Assembly (NCBI GenBank): GCA_049322215.1
Contig: JBMORU010000001.1
Location: 388,023-452,022, forward strand
Direction of reading: 5' to 3'
Length of the DNA: 64,000 nt
DNA from: Patescibacteria group bacterium
GTDB taxonomy: Bacteria; Patescibacteriota; WWE3; UBA101185; UBA10185
Part shown: positions 1 through 8,445 of the stretch, piece after piece
How positions within the stretch are numbered: position 1 is the first letter of the stretch
Layout of the letters: every line of letters starts with the position of its first letter
Notes under the pieces: model-generated
The model's input: the letters and a program-made list of their open reading frames with translations, nothing else
What the model was told of the DNA's origin: nothing
Databases searched by the model: none
Translations under genes and position numbers: made by a program

Positions 1-8
1 CTATTCTT

Positions 9-1166
9 ATGTTTTATATTGTCTTTTCTAAACTTTTTAGCAGGGAAGCTGCTCTATATGGTGTGATTCTATTTGCTTTTCAACCTTTTGTTGCAGGTTT
101 AGTAAGAAACTTTCATGCTGACAGCACCGTAACCTCTTTTATGCTTATGTCTTCTATTACTGCAATTTACTATTTGGAAAAGACCCGTAAAACTAAATAC
201 ATTTTACTTTCAGGTATTTTTGGCGGATTTGCGTTATTAAGTAAATCAGCTGCAATATATTTAATTCCGTACATTGGGTTTTTGCTTCTTATAGATTTGT
301 TGTTTAACTACAAGCCTAAATTTAGTTTTAAGGCGTTTTTACCTTATGCAAAAATTTACTTAATTTGGATTTTGTCTTTAGCTGCCACATTTTTTGTTTC
401 TTTCCCGGCTATGTGGTTAAAACCCATTGAAATTTTAAGGAGGATTTTTATATATGAAGGTTGGTTTTTAGTTACAGAAGGGCGTGGTGGGGTAAATGGC
501 TTTTTATACTATGCAGAACCCATTAGCCGTATTTTAACTCCATTATTTTTACTGTCTTTCTTTATTGGTACTTCAGTTATAGTTGTTAACTTTAAAGGCT
601 ATAGTCACACAAAAAAGAAGAGAATTTTATACGTAGTTGGTTTTGTTGCTTTTTACTTACTGCAAATGTCCCTTGTTAAGCAAAAAATGGATAGGTATTT
701 GCTGCCTATGCTTCCCTTTGTTGCTTTTGTGGGGGGTGTTGGATTAGAGTATTTAAACACCCTTATTAAGAGCCCTATAGTCAAGAAGGCATTTGCTTTG
801 CTGATACTAGCGCTAAACCTTAGCTTTATTTTGTACTTTTTTCCTAATTATTTGCTTTATCCTAGCGAACCCGGAAAAGATCAGTTTGGATGTTCGTTAT
901 GTAGTGATATTGGTGATTATTTTAATGCTAAACCAAACGGGGCAGACTTAAAAATAGCTACAACCTCAAAAAAAGTTCATAGGTTACGTCCTTTTGTTAA
1001 TGGAAAGGTTTACCACGTTGATGAAGCCTTACCTGAGGGGTGGTCTATTGAGTATGTTGTTGCAGCAACTCAAGAGCAACTGCCAGAAAAATATTCTTAC
1101 TGTGTTTTAGAAACAAGTATAGGTTTCAGAGGTACAGAGTATTGGAATATTTATAGTTGCAAATAA
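9..1166 (+). CDS. Polytopic membrane glycosyltransferase, GT-C fold (GT39/PMT/ArnT-like); probably truncated at the window edge
   Basis: Many TM segments; typical motifs (FHAD, GFALLSKSAA, RYLLPMLP); frame open to window start. Confidence 0.7.
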   Translation: MFYIVFSKLFSREAALYGVILFAFQPFVAGLVRNFHADSTVTSFMLMSSITAIYYLEKTRKTKYILLSGIFGGFALLSKSAAIYLIPYIGFLLLIDLLFNYKPKFSFKAFLPYAKIYLIWILSLAATFFVSFPAMWLKPIEILRRIFIYEGWFLVTEGRGGVNGFLYYAEPISRILTPLFLLSFFIGTSVIVVNFKGYSHTKKKRILYVVGFVAFYLLQMSLVKQKMDRYLLPMLPFVAFVGGVGLEYLNTLIKSPIVKKAFALLILALNLSFILYFFPNYLLYPSEPGKDQFGCSLCSDIGDYFNAKPNGADLKIATTSKKVHRLRPFVNGKVYHVDEALPEGWSIEYVVAATQEQLPEKYSYCVLETSIGFRGTEYWNIYSCK

Positions 1167-1288
1167 TTTTCTTCTTACCATGTTTTTATAAAAACTTAAT
1201 TTGTTTCTTAGGATAATTTATAACAATTGATAACGTGATAGTCTTTGCGCTGTATCTAAAAGTTATTTAATTGGAGACGGAGATCTTT

Positions 1289-1612
1289 ATGAATAAATCT
1301 ACTATTAATCATACTGAAATACGTAATTGGGCAGAAAAGCATGCAGGTAACCCTGCTTTAATTACTCCAATAGAAGTAGAAAACGTACCTATTGGAATCA
1401 GAATAAACTTTCCAGAAACAGCAAACGACAATTTTTTAGCATCTACACAATCCAGAAACATTTCATGGGACGAGTTTTTTAGCGTATTTGAAAAACAAGG
1501 ATTAGCCTTTGTTTACAACACCGAACCCAAAACCGTTGACCCAACTTACTGGTATATGTTTGAGAAACGTTCAGTTTCTTACGATGATCTGCCTATTTTG
1601 GTTTTATCTTGA
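1289..1612 (+). CDS. Conserved hypothetical protein (T-x-x-H-x-x-I-R-x-W-A-E ... ISWDEFF family)
   Basis: ORF track 1271..1612; ATG at 1289 preceded by GGAG; motif pattern recalled from an uncharacterised family. Confidence 0.55.
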   Translation: MNKSTINHTEIRNWAEKHAGNPALITPIEVENVPIGIRINFPETANDNFLASTQSRNISWDEFFSVFEKQGLAFVYNTEPKTVDPTYWYMFEKRSVSYDDLPILVLS

Positions 1613-1654
1613 TGTTGTATGTAGGTTAAAACAAATAGATGGTAGTATATATGT

Positions 1655-2569
1655 ATGCAAAAAATCATTTCACATTTATGGTATGACAAAGAGGCTAAAG
1701 AAGCTGCTGAGTTTTACGTGTCTCTTTTTCCTAAATCAAAAATTACAAACATTTCGAACTTGAACGATACGCCTTCGGGTGATGTGGACATTGTTTCATT
1801 TGAACTTTGGGAACAACCTTTTATGGCTATAAGCGCAGGGCCTTACTTTAAATTTAATCCTTCTATTTCTTTTATGGTAAATTTTGATCCTGCACAAAAT
1901 GAAAGTGCCTCACAGAAAATTGATGAGATTTGGGAAAAACTTTCTGACGAAGGCGAAATTAGAATGCCTATAGGCAAGTACCCTTTTAGTGAACGCTATG
2001 GTTGGGTAGCCGACAAATATGGTTTAAATTGGCAACTTATACTAACAAACCCCAACGGGGAATCACGGCCTCCAATAATACCTTCACTTTTATTTGTAGG
2101 TGATAAGGCTGGTTTGGCAGACGAAGCTAGGAAATTTTACCTTTCGGTATTTAAAGATTCAGAACCTGGAGCGCTTTTTCATTACGGTAAAGATCAAGAA
2201 CCTAACAAAGAAGGTACAGTTATGTTTTCGGATTTTAGACTTTTTAATACTTGGTTTGTAGCAATGGATGGTGGTGGTGAACACAACTTTGATTTTAATG
2301 AGTCAATTTCATTTATTGTTTCATGCAAAAATCAAGAAGAAATAGATTATTACTGGAACAAACTGTCTGCTGTGCCTGAAGCTGAGCAATGTGGTTGGCT
2401 AAAAGATAAGTATGGCGTTTCCTGGCAAATAACTCCTAAAGAAATGGATGAAATGATGAATAAAGGAACTCCGGATCAGATAAACAGAGTTACGCAGGCC
2501 TTTCTTAAAATGAAAAAGTTTGATATTGAAAAGCTTAAAGAGGCATACGAAGGTCAAGTCAGTATTTGA
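1655..2569 (+). CDS. VOC family protein, tandem PhnB/3-demethylubiquinone-9 methyltransferase-like domains
   Basis: QKIISHLWY...AEFYVSLF, YGWVADKYGLNWQ and AEQCGWLKDKYGVSWQI duplicated domain. Confidence 0.9.
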   Translation: MQKIISHLWYDKEAKEAAEFYVSLFPKSKITNISNLNDTPSGDVDIVSFELWEQPFMAISAGPYFKFNPSISFMVNFDPAQNESASQKIDEIWEKLSDEGEIRMPIGKYPFSERYGWVADKYGLNWQLILTNPNGESRPPIIPSLLFVGDKAGLADEARKFYLSVFKDSEPGALFHYGKDQEPNKEGTVMFSDFRLFNTWFVAMDGGGEHNFDFNESISFIVSCKNQEEIDYYWNKLSAVPEAEQCGWLKDKYGVSWQITPKEMDEMMNKGTPDQINRVTQAFLKMKKFDIEKLKEAYEGQVSI

Positions 2570-2584
2570 TAGTATACTTGTGTT

Positions 2585-3277
2585 GTGGAAAAACTTCATC
2601 CAATTCAAATAAGAATACTTTTTGACTTACTGTTTGTAAAAGACCTAAACTACGCAAGCATCAAACCTGTGTATATGGAAGGCAGCCAGTTTGTGTTTCA
2701 TATGAACCGATTGATAGTAGAAGGTTTAGTAAAAAAGCGAGGTGCAACTTATAAACTGACCGAAATTGGTAAAGAGTATGCAAATAAAATTGATGCAAAT
2801 TCTTTAGAAATTGCACTTCAAGCAAAGAATACTGCTGTATTTTGCGCTGTGAAAAATGAAAATGAGTACCTACTTTATAAAAGGCAAAAAAATCCTTTTT
2901 ATGGGTGTTATGGGTTTCCCACGCAAAAAATTTTGTGGGGAGAATCTGCTTTGGAAACCGCTGTTAAGGGTTTAAAAGAAGAAACCGGTTTAAAAGCTAT
3001 TACACCACCCCAGTTATTTGCTATTCGTCATTACTTAGTACACTTGGAGAACACGGAAATAGTAGAAGACAAGTTCATGTATTGCTTTTTAATTAAAAAT
3101 CCTATTGGCGATTTAGAACCTAATTCTGAAGGGGATTTTTTTTGGGTTCCTGAGGAAAAAGTTAGTTCCGCAGTAAAAAAACCTCAAGAGGAGTTTTTTG
3201 ATATATTTCAAACTCTAAAATCTTACAAAAGTGACATTTCTTTTAAAGAAATATCTGTAGTAACTAAAAACTTTTAG
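2585..3277 (+). CDS. N-terminal wHTH plus NUDIX hydrolase domain protein
   Basis: FVFHMNRLIVEGLVKK...YKLTEIGK winged helix; degenerate Nudix box GESALETAVKGLKEETGL. Confidence 0.7.
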   Translation: MEKLHPIQIRILFDLLFVKDLNYASIKPVYMEGSQFVFHMNRLIVEGLVKKRGATYKLTEIGKEYANKIDANSLEIALQAKNTAVFCAVKNENEYLLYKRQKNPFYGCYGFPTQKILWGESALETAVKGLKEETGLKAITPPQLFAIRHYLVHLENTEIVEDKFMYCFLIKNPIGDLEPNSEGDFFWVPEEKVSSAVKKPQEEFFDIFQTLKSYKSDISFKEISVVTKNF

Positions 3278-3403
3278 CAGGTACTATTCGCTGTGTCTAA
3301 AGCCAATCACATACTTCTAGGTATAGTCTACTTTACTTTTTAATATCTCCTTTCGCTCATAGTATGAACTCATAGTTCAATACTAATCACAAGGAGAGTG
3401 AAA

Positions 3404-3706
3404 ATGAGCACCAAACCAATTACCCCATCAGGAGTTGGAAAAGCCAAATCAGCCAGTTTACCTGATGTAGTTATAGAGGTATTTAATGAGCTAATTGCAC
3501 AAAACTTTTATGGTGGTTCTGCCAGTGTGAAGCAGAAAGATGCTGTTGCTATGCTAGTAGCTAAAGGTCTAGATCGCAACGAAATTTTTAAGAAAGGATG
3601 GCTAGACGTCGAAGAAGTTTACCGTAAAGCCGGTTGGAAAGTTTACTATGATAAGCCGGGCTACAATGAAAGCTATGATGCTTACTTTAGATTTTCGAAA
3701 CGGTAA
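3404..3706 (+). CDS. Hypothetical protein, phage-like (orphan unit 1)
   Basis: AAGGAGA at 3391-3397 favours ATG 3404; downstream hairpin plus T-run. Confidence 0.75.
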   Translation: MSTKPITPSGVGKAKSASLPDVVIEVFNELIAQNFYGGSASVKQKDAVAMLVAKGLDRNEIFKKGWLDVEEVYRKAGWKVYYDKPGYNESYDAYFRFSKR

Positions 3707-3715
3707 CTTATACAT

Positions 3716-3754
3716 GGCCTTAAAGATTTTATATGAATTTTTAAGGCCTTTTTT
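3716..3754 (+). terminator. Intrinsic terminator (long stem, U-tract)
   Basis: ggccttaaagatt...aatttttaaggcc followed by T6. Confidence 0.8.
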
Positions 3755-3775
3755 AGCTTATGCTAGACTACTTTT

Positions 3776-4195
3776 ATGAACATGTTTAAGCCAAAAACGG
3801 CTGAAAATCCAAAAGACTACATTAATCAAATTGATGAACCAAGAAAAAGCGAAATAATAAAACTGCATGAATTTATAAAAAACGCACTACCCGAAATGAA
3901 AGTAGAAATGTTTCATAACATAATTGGTTATGGTTCTTATCACTACAAATCTAAGTCTGGATCCGAAGGTGATTGGTTTACTGTAGGTCTTGCTAGCCAA
4001 AAAAGCTATATTTCTGTATATGTATGTGCTGTTGAAGGCAAAGAATATGTTGCTGAAAAACATAAAGACTGGTTTCCTAAAGCCTCTATTGGTAAAAGCT
4101 GTATAAGGTTTAAAAAGGTTGAGGATATAGATTTACAAAAGTTAGAAGAACTGCTACTGCTTGCTAAAAAAGTTGGTTCAATGAATGGTGTTTAG
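3776..4195 (+). CDS. DUF1801 (YdhG-like) protein
   Basis: IIGYGSYHY...GLASQKSYISVY...GKSCIRFKK pattern. Confidence 0.85.
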   Translation: MNMFKPKTAENPKDYINQIDEPRKSEIIKLHEFIKNALPEMKVEMFHNIIGYGSYHYKSKSGSEGDWFTVGLASQKSYISVYVCAVEGKEYVAEKHKDWFPKASIGKSCIRFKKVEDIDLQKLEELLLLAKKVGSMNGV

Positions 4196-4224
4196 TTTGT
4201 GTTGAAGGCGTTTCGTTATTTTAC

Positions 4225-4242
4225 TGGTCGGGGTGACAGGAC
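4225..4242 (-). repeat. 18-bp direct repeat of the tRNA-Pro 3' end (att-like)
   Basis: tggtcggggtgacaggac is identical at 4225-4242 and 4380-4397. Confidence 0.9.
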
Positions 4243-4379
4243 ATGGGGCTTCGTTTCACTCAGCCTCCTTTTTCACTCATTGCATTCGTTCAAAAGAATG
4301 AACCTCAGCTGAAGCTAAGTTTCAATCCACACACCTACGATGCAAATTTGTTCACCACTTTGTGGTAATCAAATTTCCA

Positions 4380-4456
4380 TGGTCGGGGTGACAGGACTTG
4401 AACCTGCGACCTCCCGGCCCCCAGCCGGACGCGCTAGCCAACTGCGCCACACCCCG
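4380..4456 (-). tRNA. tRNA-Pro (GGG)
   Basis: Reverse complement cggggtgtggcgcagttggctagcgcgtccggctGGGggccgggaggtcgcaggttcaagtcctgtcaccccgacca folds as a cloverleaf with encoded CCA. Confidence 0.95.
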
Positions 4457-4522
4457 TTATTTCAGCTACACTATTTTAGCACCCTGCTGTACATAATTTA
4501 TAACATATGAAAGAATTCACAT

Positions 4523-4936
4523 ATGACAAAAGCATCCGCACCACAAATTCACTATGCGCACTTTGGAACCCGCTTTTTAGCGTTTATTTTTGATATTGTG
4601 TTTACCTCCGTTTTAAGTGGAACTTTGTTAATTTTTATAGCACCCGATGCTAGTCCGCTTAATCCTTTTCCTATGCTATTTTGGTGGGGATATTTAATTT
4701 TTACTGATGTGCACTACGGATACTCTGTTGGTAAACGCATGTTTGGCCTAAAGGTTGTAAACAAAGATACAGGTGAAAAACTAAATTACTTTGAATCCGG
4801 AATAAGAGAGTCTATAGGAAGAATGTTATCTTCAATTGTTTTGGGAATAGGCTACTTATGGATGCTTTTTGATAAAAATAAACAAACCTGGCACGATAAG
4901 CTAAGCAATAGTATTGTAATAACGATGGAAGCTTAA
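4523..4936 (+). CDS. RDD family membrane protein
   Basis: YAHFGTRFLAFIFD, SVGKRMFGLKVV, KQTWHDKLSNSIV. Confidence 0.92.
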   Translation: MTKASAPQIHYAHFGTRFLAFIFDIVFTSVLSGTLLIFIAPDASPLNPFPMLFWWGYLIFTDVHYGYSVGKRMFGLKVVNKDTGEKLNYFESGIRESIGRMLSSIVLGIGYLWMLFDKNKQTWHDKLSNSIVITMEA

Positions 4937-4969
4937 TATTAGTTTGTATACTAAACTCCCATCATTTTG

Positions 4970-5239
4970 TTATTTGCATTTGAAAAACCACATGTCGTGG
5001 GGCTTACCTACTGCGTCTTTGGGGGCTTTAGCCTGGCCATTTACGTGCTCGTGAAGAAATACATGTGGATGCGCATCTTTTCTTACTACTTCGATGTTTG
5101 GAGGAATTTGCCCGTAAAATACTCCCGATGCTTTGGCTAATGCTGTATTAAGCTTAGTTCCAGCATTAACTGCTTGGTCAACACGCAACCAAAACTTGCT
5201 GTTGTTTCCGTGAAAGACAACAATTTTTGAATTTACCAT
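4970..5239 (-). CDS. Hypothetical protein (orphan unit 2)
   Basis: AAGGAGA (plus 5245-5251); 16-bp hairpin at 4924-4963 that pairs fully, with G-U, only on the minus strand. Confidence 0.7.
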   Translation of the reverse strand: MVNSKIVVFHGNNSKFWLRVDQAVNAGTKLNTALAKASGVFYGQIPPNIEVVRKDAHPHVFLHEHVNGQAKAPKDAVGKPHDMWFFKCK

Positions 5240-5298
5240 TTTTCTCTCCTTATATTCGTAGATAAATTATTAAAATGATACCCTATAAAATTGTATAG

Positions 5299-5937
5299 TC
5301 AACTTTGGAAGATTAGCTTAAACAAGGGTCGTTGTTGCCCATACGCAAGTTTTTTACCCCAAGAAGATTCGACTTTGGACAATTCTTTTTTGTTTAATTC
5401 ATCAATTTGCTTAAGCCTAAAATTTACTTTTTCAAATTCAGGTACAATTTGTTCTAATATTTGTTCTTTATTCAAGTGTTCAAGGTTTAATCTTTCAAAT
5501 TCTGTGGGTTCTGCTTCGTTTGTGTATCCAAAAATTATTTCTAAGGTGCCTCTTGGCTTAAGTAAGTTTTTAATAAAATTTAACTGAGTTTCGTTAGGTT
5601 TTGCTACAGCTTGTAATAAACTACCCCAGGGTAAATTTATAGTTACTGTATCTGCTATATTTTCAAGTTCTTCAGGTAAGTTTTCTAAGCTTGCTAAAAC
5701 AAACATAACATTTTGCACTTTGCTTCTTACTGCTTTTTTTGAATATTCTTGCAATTGTTTTTCATTTGGGTCTATACCTATATAAAGACTATTTTTGTTA
5801 GCTATAGCATTTTTGTACACAAATCTGCCGTTGCCTGTACCCAAATCAATGTGCGTTTTTTGGTACTTTCTTAACGTTTCTCTAAAATTTTCAGGTTTTT
5901 CTTCTATTAGTTTGTTTCCTTTTACTAGTTTAATCAC
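5299..5937 (-). CDS. 16S rRNA m1A1408 methyltransferase, NpmA/KamB family homolog
   Basis: HIDLGTGNG, YIGID, LPEELENIADTVTINLPWGSLL and SSWGKKLAYG match NpmA motifs, including both conserved Trp. Confidence 0.88.
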   Translation of the reverse strand: MIKLVKGNKLIEEKPENFRETLRKYQKTHIDLGTGNGRFVYKNAIANKNSLYIGIDPNEKQLQEYSKKAVRSKVQNVMFVLASLENLPEELENIADTVTINLPWGSLLQAVAKPNETQLNFIKNLLKPRGTLEIIFGYTNEAEPTEFERLNLEHLNKEQILEQIVPEFEKVNFRLKQIDELNKKELSKVESSWGKKLAYGQQRPLFKLIFQS

Positions 5938-5965
5938 TATAGTATGTTAAATTAATACCGTACTT

Positions 5966-6796
5966 ATGGAATTATCGCACACAAAACCTGAAATAATAGC
6001 AATTTGGCAACCATTTGGTTTTTCTACTCACATTATTACTAAAAAGGTTTCTGAGTTATTACAAACACCCACCTCACATACGGGAACCTTAGATCCCATG
6101 GCTGAAGGTGTAATAGTTGTTCTTACTGGAGAAAACAGGCATAAAAAGTATGAGTATGCCTCTTGGCTAAAAACTTACGAATTCAACCTAGTTTTGGGGG
6201 TTTCTACCGATAGTTATGATGGATTAGGTTTGATGACTTCTAACTTTATAAAACCTAATTTAACCGAAAATCATATAAATTTAGCACTTGTACAAATAAA
6301 ATCTCAAAAACCATATATACAAACAATACCTCCTTATTCTGCAATTAAGGTTAATGGTAAACCTTTGCATTGGTATGCCCGCAGCAATATGCTTGCTGAA
6401 GTTACGCTTCCAACTCGCTCTGGTGAGATTTACGAGTTGTCTTTGGTTAGCCTAAAAGAGGTGAATCTTGAAAGTGCCCTAAAGCTTATAATAAATCGAA
6501 CTAATCTTGTGACGGGGAATTTACGTCAGCCTGTGGTTTTAGCTCAGTGGGAAAAATTTTTAAAAGACGTTGGGAACCTTTCTACATATGAGCTTGTTTT
6601 GAGGGTCAAGTTAACTAAGGGTCTATATGTTCGCTCGTTGAGTCAGGATATTTGCAAACAACTAGATTGTACCGGCTTTGTCTCTAGTATATCTAGAATT
6701 GATAATGGTCTCTACAATAAAAGCAATTGCGTAACCTTAGAGCAATTATTTGGTTCAAATTATAATAGAGATCAAAAGTTTGATTCAATAACGTAA
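5966..6796 (+). CDS. truB: tRNA pseudouridine(55) synthase
   Basis: HTGTLDPMAEGV, QTIPPYSAIKVNGKPL, GLYVRSL. Confidence 0.88.
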   Translation: MELSHTKPEIIAIWQPFGFSTHIITKKVSELLQTPTSHTGTLDPMAEGVIVVLTGENRHKKYEYASWLKTYEFNLVLGVSTDSYDGLGLMTSNFIKPNLTENHINLALVQIKSQKPYIQTIPPYSAIKVNGKPLHWYARSNMLAEVTLPTRSGEIYELSLVSLKEVNLESALKLIINRTNLVTGNLRQPVVLAQWEKFLKDVGNLSTYELVLRVKLTKGLYVRSLSQDICKQLDCTGFVSSISRIDNGLYNKSNCVTLEQLFGSNYNRDQKFDSIT

Positions 6797-6907
6797 TTTA
6801 GTTCGTCATTTAGGAATCAGGTTTTATTTAACAGCTATAGTACTTGAACTTATTGGCATACCAAACTAAACTGATTGGGCTTAATACTTAATTTTAGGAG
6901 TAATTAA

Positions 6908-7267
6908 ATGACAGAAGAAATGATTATTAAAAGGCTAAAAATAATTGACGATTTGAGCCAAGAACTAAATTCACTTAAAGAAACATTTGAAGGAATGTTA
7001 GAAGATGACCCTCAATATCAGGATTTTCAGGAGGAAGAAAACAAAATAAAAGAAGAGCGTAAAGAAAAAAAAGACAAAATAATGGCAAATAGTGCTTACA
7101 AAGACGTTAACGAGCAACTCAAAGAAAAAAGACAAGATATAAAAGAAAACAAGGAAGCATTGGCTCAAGAATTAGTAGAATACTATAAAGAGACAGGCTC
7201 TTTAGAGTTTACTGATCAATATGGTGAAACTAAAAGATTAAAATTCTCGGTTCGGCTGATTAATTAG
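6908..7267 (+). CDS. Coiled-coil hypothetical protein (resembles a conserved CPR family)
   Basis: Charged helical sequence; TAGGAG SD upstream. Confidence 0.7.
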   Translation: MTEEMIIKRLKIIDDLSQELNSLKETFEGMLEDDPQYQDFQEEENKIKEERKEKKDKIMANSAYKDVNEQLKEKRQDIKENKEALAQELVEYYKETGSLEFTDQYGETKRLKFSVRLIN

Positions 7268-7311
7268 TAAGATTCGATAAAGTTTTGTATTTATGTTATC
7301 ATCGCAGCGAT

Positions 7312-7395
7312 ATGTCAATTAAGAAAAAGAAAAAAGAATCACAAAAGAATAAAAGTGTTAGACGTAGTAAGAAGAAAACAAAAAGAGTTTGTTAA
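7312..7395 (+). CDS. Putative 27-aa Lys/Arg-rich peptide MSIKKKKKESQKNKSVRRSKKKTKRVC
   Basis: Manual translation; TGn-TATCAT at 7294-7302 upstream; below the ORF-track size cutoff. Confidence 0.45.
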   Translation: MSIKKKKKESQKNKSVRRSKKKTKRVC

Positions 7396-7431
7396 TATTT
7401 TATTCGTTTAGCTCTTTAAACTTGCTGTCCA

Positions 7432-7926
7432 GTGAAATTTAAATTTCCTAGCAAATATAAAATATACGTACTCATTTTACTGTTATTTTTAGCTTACTTA
7501 TTTCCTAGCTTAACGTTTACAGTAGATAATACCTCTGAATTTGTTGTTTCTCGCGTAATAGACGGGGATACAGTTGAATTATCTAACGGTCAAAAAGTAC
7601 GTTATATAGGAATTGATACCCCTGAAAGTGTTAAACCGGGCAGCCCCGTAGAATGTTATGCTCTTGAAGCTAAAGCAAAAAATTCTGAGCTGGTTTTAAA
7701 TAAACATGTAGTTTTAGAAAGGGATGTAAATGAAGCGGACAAGTATGGTAGGTTACTACGCTATGTTTGGGTAGATGGCTTACTAATTAATGAAATTCTG
7801 ATAAAAGAGGGTTTTGCCCATGCGGTTTCTTACCCACCTGACATAAAGTATCAAGAGCAGCTTCGTTTAGCAGAAAGAGAAGCACGTGATTTAAAAAAAG
7901 GTATTTGGGGGGCTAATTGTGACTAA
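7432..7926 (+). CDS. Thermonuclease (SNase family), N-terminal membrane anchor
   Basis: VSRVIDGDT, VRYIGIDTPE, DKYGRLLRYV, AEREAR..KKGIW. Confidence 0.95.
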   Translation: MKFKFPSKYKIYVLILLLFLAYLFPSLTFTVDNTSEFVVSRVIDGDTVELSNGQKVRYIGIDTPESVKPGSPVECYALEAKAKNSELVLNKHVVLERDVNEADKYGRLLRYVWVDGLLINEILIKEGFAHAVSYPPDIKYQEQLRLAEREARDLKKGIWGANCD

Positions 7927-7974
7927 AGATCAGCTACTCAACTATTAGATGAACAGCTGATCCTTAACTAAAGG

Positions 7975-8334
7975 CTAAAAAGATTTAGGTTTTCGTTTTA
8001 GCTCAGTGATGAATGCCCTCAACAAAACATGCCAGCGCCATAATGTTAAGCTTTGAGTCAATTCTTCCTCAGCGTCAAAAAATTCTATGTACGCAGATTC
8101 TCTTAAAATATCTTTTGACACAATAGCTATGTCTATGAAAGCAACTGCTTTGTTAAAGTTTTCCCCTCTAAAAACCCTAACTGCTAATACGCTTTTTTGC
8201 TCATCTTTTGGTAGTAGCAATAGTGTTACTGTGTATATTTCATTTCCCGGCCAAAACTTTAAGTGCTGAAACCATTTTCGTTGTGTTTCTATCACTCTAG
8301 TTGTTATAACCTGTATTTCATTTGTTTCGTGCAT
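7975..8334 (-). CDS. Hypothetical protein (orphan unit 3)
   Basis: TTGGAT-17-TATAAT promoter (plus 8365-8393), AAGGAGA (8340-8346), minus-strand hairpin 7926-7964. Confidence 0.7.
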   Translation of the reverse strand: MHETNEIQVITTRVIETQRKWFQHLKFWPGNEIYTVTLLLLPKDEQKSVLAVRVFRGENFNKAVAFIDIAIVSKDILRESAYIEFFDAEEELTQSLTLWRWHVLLRAFITELKRKPKSF

Positions 8335-8445
8335 ATATCTCTCCTTGTAGCGGTTTTGCTTTGCATTATAGGATAAATAACGAGGCTATCCAAACTTCAT
8401 CACTCAAACTAAGCATTGTGTTTGTATTTGTAATATAATTGGCTT

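Noticed and set aside
4225-4456. Prophage or genomic island at tRNA-Pro
   Set aside because: The repeats enclose only 137 bp; no integrase or phage structural genes nearby
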